Of a stretch of DNA of 64,000 nt, positions 60,209-64,000 are shown one piece after another. The position numbers were made by a program, and so were the translations under genes. Location of the stretch: the NCBI GenBank assembly GCA_963843145.1, contig CAWJJC010000019.1:1-64000 (forward strand), in the 5' to 3' direction. The notes under the pieces were generated by a model that saw only the letters and a program-made list of their open reading frames with translations, did no database searches and was not told the origin of the DNA. Source of the DNA: an uncultured delta proteobacterium (lineage in GTDB: Bacteria; Desulfobacterota; RBG-13-43-22). The number at the start of each line of letters is the position of its first letter. Within the stretch, counting starts at the first letter, position 1.

Positions 60209-60805
60209 TTGAGTCCGGAAAACGAAGCCCCTGAGAATATGGAAAATGTTGTCCCCCGAAAACAACGATTCAAACCCTCGATGCTGGAAGTAATGATCGG
60301 GAGTCTAATATTGTTGGGAATTTTTTATCTGGCCTACCTGGTCCTGAATAAGGATTCGGGCGATACCCGGGGAATGGAGGCCAGAGTCAAAGCCCTGGAA
60401 GCCAGGATTGATCAAAGGGGACTGGCGCTGGAGAAGGGGTTTGAAGGGATTAAAGAATCTTCCCGGCAAATGGAAGCCCGTATAAAGGCCTTGGAGGAAC
60501 ACCGGAAACAGGTGGACTCCCGGGTGGAGGGTCTGGCGGCTAAAGCGGCCCCCGCCCCGCCTAAAGTCGCGTCAGAGGATAAGAGACCCCCCGCCCCGGC
60601 TAAAGCCGGGACGGAAGATAAGAAACCCGCCGTATCCGGCCCCGGGAAGGAAAAAATAACCCATAAGGTCAAAAAGGGGGAAACCCTGGGCTTCATCGCG
60701 AGGAAATACCGGGTTAGTACCCAGGACATCGTCCAGTGGAATAAACTGCCCCACGGCAGGGCCATTAGGCCGGATGATAAATTGATCATCTATGTCAAAA
60801 AGTAA
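60209..60805 (+). CDS. Membrane-anchored coiled-coil protein with C-terminal LysM
   Basis: One TM helix; HKVKKGETLGFIARKYRVS..DIVQWN.L. Confidence 0.85.
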   Translation: MSPENEAPENMENVVPRKQRFKPSMLEVMIGSLILLGIFYLAYLVLNKDSGDTRGMEARVKALEARIDQRGLALEKGFEGIKESSRQMEARIKALEEHRKQVDSRVEGLAAKAAPAPPKVASEDKRPPAPAKAGTEDKKPAVSGPGKEKITHKVKKGETLGFIARKYRVSTQDIVQWNKLPHGRAIRPDDKLIIYVKK

Positions 60806-60891
60806 CCAAAGCCCCATGCCCGGGGGGTATCCTGAAGATCGAACGTCCAACCTCGAATGAAAAACCAACCTCCATTCGGCAAACCAATACG

Positions 60892-61101
60892 ATGCCTCAG
60901 CCGACTGATCCCAAAAGATTAAGAAGAAGACCCCGGCGATCCTTTCAGTGCCATTGTTGCGGGAAAGGAGAGGAATTTTGCTGGGTCTGCCCCTGCGGTT
61001 TTCAGATCTGCCGCGGGTGCCTTAATGAAAACGCCTGGGGACTGACTTGCAACGGCATAACCTGGACCTGTCCGGATTGTGGGGCGGACCGAGGATTTTG
61101 A
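60892..61101 (+). CDS. Small Cys-rich (zinc-finger-like) protein
   Basis: 11 Cys in 69 aa, including CHCC, CWVCPC, CRGC, CPDC. Confidence 0.6.
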   Translation: MPQPTDPKRLRRRPRRSFQCHCCGKGEEFCWVCPCGFQICRGCLNENAWGLTCNGITWTCPDCGADRGF

Positions 61102-61279
61102 ATCGTTTATTTGGTTCATTTGGTTTGTTTGGTTGAACCCAAAAGATCAAACCAAATGAACGGCCGGTCTTTATCTTCTTTTTGTAGCATTCATACTCCC
61201 ACAAATCGCATAGAAATTGGTTGACTTGTTCAGGTTTCTGAATACAATGGGGACCTATACGCTACAGGTTGCAATTTTT

Positions 61280-61492
61280 TTTCTCGCCCGTTCCCTTCGG
61301 TCACTCGAGTTCGCAGAGATCGCAGAGAAAGGCGAAATTTTAATTAAAAATCGGTGAGAGACCGATTTTTAATAACACCTCAGGCCTCCGGCCGTTGGTG
61401 CGCGACAGCGCCGAGCCTGTTTTTTATTGCCGGCCCCTCACCGGCAATAAAAGAATGTCGTTTCTCTGCGTCCTCTGCGCGCTCTGTGAGAG
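61280..61492. repeat. CGCAGAGA-nonamer inverted-repeat element enclosing two inverted hairpins
   Basis: CGCAGAGATCGCAGAGAAA...TTTCTCTGCGTCCTCTGCG; hairpins at 61343-61373 and 61422-61452. Confidence 0.6.
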
Positions 61493-61515
61493 ATTGTCTT
61501 TAGGATTAGCGTTTA

Positions 61516-62611
61516 TTGGAAAAGGGCGATATGAACCAAGGGATCCTGATCATCGACGATGATCTTAACTACACCCAAATCGTAAAGAAATTTTTGGAGG
61601 ACCAGGGTTTTCGAGTTACTATTGGGGTCGATGGGGCCTCGGCCCTCCTGATACTAAAGGCGGAGGTCCCCGAGTTAATCCTTTTAGACCTCAATCTGCC
61701 GGATACCTCCGGAGAGGAATTGCTGGCCAAGATCAGGGAAACCCATCCCGATTGCGCGATCATCGTGATAACTGGTTACGGCGGCGAACAAGTGGCCGTA
61801 GAGATGATGAAGGCCGGGGCCATCGATTTCCTCTCCAAGCCCATTGAACTGAAGACCCTCCTGGAGTCTATTCACAACACCCTGAAATTGCGGAAAGCGC
61901 GACTTGAAGAACGGGTCGATGAAAGTTTGCCCACCTTAGAAAATTTTTTCCCCTTCCTGGCCCACGAGATCCGCAACCCCTTGCATGCCATCGGCGGGGC
62001 TTTGGCCGTGATCCAACGGCGCTCCGATTTAAAGGATGAACCTTTAGCGCAATCCATCCGCATTATCAAGGAAGAGGTACACCATCTCAGTGAATTCGTT
62101 CAGGAATGCCTGGACTTCGTCCGTCCGCCCAATAAGAAACATTATACCGAAATCGATATTAACGAAGTCCTGTCGCTGGTATTGAATATCGTTCAGCATA
62201 TTTACGAGGAATACTCGTCCAAAATCAAGATTTGCCGTACGGCAACCCCGCAATTACCCAAGATCCTGGCCAATTATGAAGAGATCAAGCAGGCGCTGCT
62301 GAATATTGTGAAAAATAGTTATGAAGCCATGCTTGAAGAAGGGGGCGAATTGGAGGTTCAAACCTGTTTTCAGCCGGAGGACGGCGGGTGGGTTAAGGTC
62401 TTGTTTATCGACCAGGGCCAGGGGATCAAAAAGGAAAACCTGAAACACCTGTTCACCCCATTTTTTACGACTAAATTGAAAGGTACCGGACTGGGGTTGC
62501 CCATCTGTCATCGGATTATCGTGGATCGCCATCAGGGGCAAATTGCGCATTGAAAGTCAGGAAGGTCATGGTACCCGAGTAGAAGTCCGCCTGCCGATAC
62601 GGCAGGCGTAG
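61516..62611 (+). CDS. REC-HisKA-HATPase histidine kinase; frameshift at ~62537
   Basis: LIIDDD, LLDLNLP, AHEIRNPL, NIVKNS, DQGQGI, GTGLGL. Removing one G in CAGGGGC gives HQGKLRIESQEGHGTRVEVRLP and a stop at 62611. Confidence 0.88.
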
Positions 62612-62615
62612 CTAT

Positions 62616-62742
62616 TGATAGCTCCGCAAAAAGGCCGAAACTGTCATCCTGAGCCCCGCTTGGTCATCCTGAGCAAAGCGAAGGATCTCTGTCTTCTGCG
62701 CGGGGTAGACTCCGCGCAGGAATTTTTGCGAGCACAATATCA
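62616..62742. repeat. MITE-like element enclosing TGTCATCCTGAG repeats
   Basis: TGATAGCTCCGCAAAAAGG...ATTTTTGCGAGCACAATATCA ends; internal GTCATCCTGAGC twice. Confidence 0.55.
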
Positions 62743-62747
62743 CTAGA

Positions 62748-64000
62748 ATGAAGCCGACCCTATTAGTTGTCGATGACGATCCTAACGCCCTTTTCGGGAT
62801 CAGCCAACTGCTGATCGGACGAGGGCTATCAGGTGCTTTCGGCGAACAATGGCCGGAAGGCCTTGGAGATCTTGAAGAACTCGCCGATCGATGTGGTGGT
62901 AACAGACGAGAAGATGCCGGATCTTACCGGCATGGGACTCCTCTCCCGGATGCAGCAGGGGGAAAGAAAGCCCCCGGTCATCTTGATCACCGCTTACGGT
63001 TCGGTTTCGCTGGCCGTAGAGGCTCTGAAGAAGGGGGCCTTTTACTTCTTTGAAAAGCCTATATTCAACAACTTAGACCAGTTTTTAGCTATTGTTCGCC
63101 AGGCCGTAAAGTCCCAGGCCATGGCCCGGGAACTGGCCTCCCTCCGGCGGGAGGTGATCGAAAAATATTCCTTTCCGAACATTATCGGACGGCATCCTCT
63201 AATGCAGGAACTCTTCGAGGTCGTCGGCCGAGTGGCCCAAACCGAAAAGTCGGTACTGATCGAAGGAGAGAGCGGGACCGGCAAGGACTTGATCGCCCGG
63301 ACTATTCATTTCAACAGCCTGAGGCGTGACCAGCCCTTGGTCTCGGTGAACTGCGGGGCCTTGACCGAGACCTTGTTTACCAGTGAACTTTTCGGGCATA
63401 CCAAGGGGGCTTTTACGGGGGCGGTCAAGGATTCCATCGGTCGGTTTCAGGCCGCCGAAGGGGGCACGCTCATCTTCGAGGAGATAGGAGAAATTCCTTA
63501 TAACCTTCAAAAAACCTTACTTCGGGTACTGGAAGAAAAAGAGTACGAGCGGGTGGGCAGCAGCCAGCCGATCAAAATGGAGGCGCGTATCCTCTCGACC
63601 ACCAACCGCAGCCTCCGGGAAGAGGTGGCTAAGGGAAATTTTCGGGAGGACCTTTATTACCGGATCAGCGTGGTCCCATTGAGAATCCCGCCTTTGAGGG
63701 AAAGGGCTTCCGATATCCCTTTATTGGTCCATTATCTCTTGAAAAAGTTTCAGGAAAAGGAGGAAACGGTCAGGGTTGAGCCGGTCGTATTAGAAAAACT
63801 GAAAGGCTACCCCTGGCCGGGCAATGTGCGGGAACTGGCCAATGTGGTCCAGCACATGATGGTTTTTTGTCGGGAAAACATTATTTCCTTAGAAGATCTG
63901 CCGCCTTACCTGACCTCAGGAGAGGCCGCTGATTTGGAGCCGGCTGCCGGAAAAATTCAACTGATGAAGATGGTTTCCGAATTGGAACGGAGATGGATCC
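62748..64000 (+). CDS. NtrC-family sigma-54-dependent response regulator; frameshift at ~62817; runs off the window end
   Basis: LVVDDD; after a 1-nt shift VVTDEKMP, ITAYGS, GESGTGKD, VNCGAL, SELFGHTKGAFTGA, FREDLYYR, PPLRER, YPWPGNVREL. Confidence 0.9.

Overview
This is a GC-rich, gene-dense chromosomal segment from an anaerobic Gram-negative bacterium. The gene content (FmdB zinc ribbons, TIGR03960 radical SAM, TrpB2, sigma-54 regulator, split GcvPA/PB) looks Desulfobacterota/Deltaproteobacteria-like; that assignment is inference. Housekeeping content: glycine cleavage genes (gcvT-H-PA-PB), polX, nth, queA-tgt-yajC-dprA-topA-trmFO, dtd, mpl, ettA, tRNA-Lys(CTT), trpB2, maf, yggS, tatD, a PAS-GGDEF cyclase, a GH57/DUF3536 hydrolase, two toxin-antitoxin pairs (VapBC, MNT-HEPN), tandem PilZ genes and a REC-kinase/sigma-54 regulator pair. 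Two things stand out. (1) A five-gene co-oriented cluster at 6.7-11.9 kb joins two different acyltransferases, a B12-radical SAM enzyme and two HgdAB/DUF2229-type Fe-S reductase subunits. The subunits resemble the reductive part of the anaerobic plasmalogen/ether-lipid enzymes PlsA/PlsR/Ger, but no ATP-dependent activator gene is in the cluster. It is a candidate uncharacterised membrane-lipid modification system. (2) Many intergenic gaps hold short non-coding palindromic elements: GTAG REP doublets, CGTC/TGTC palindromes, and 7-bp and 9-bp periodic inverted repeats. Several sit inside shared 'wrapper' ends with interchangeable cargo. About seven single-base frameshifts in otherwise intact genes are most likely sequencing/consensus errors. 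No CRISPR array, rRNA, transposase or prophage was seen.
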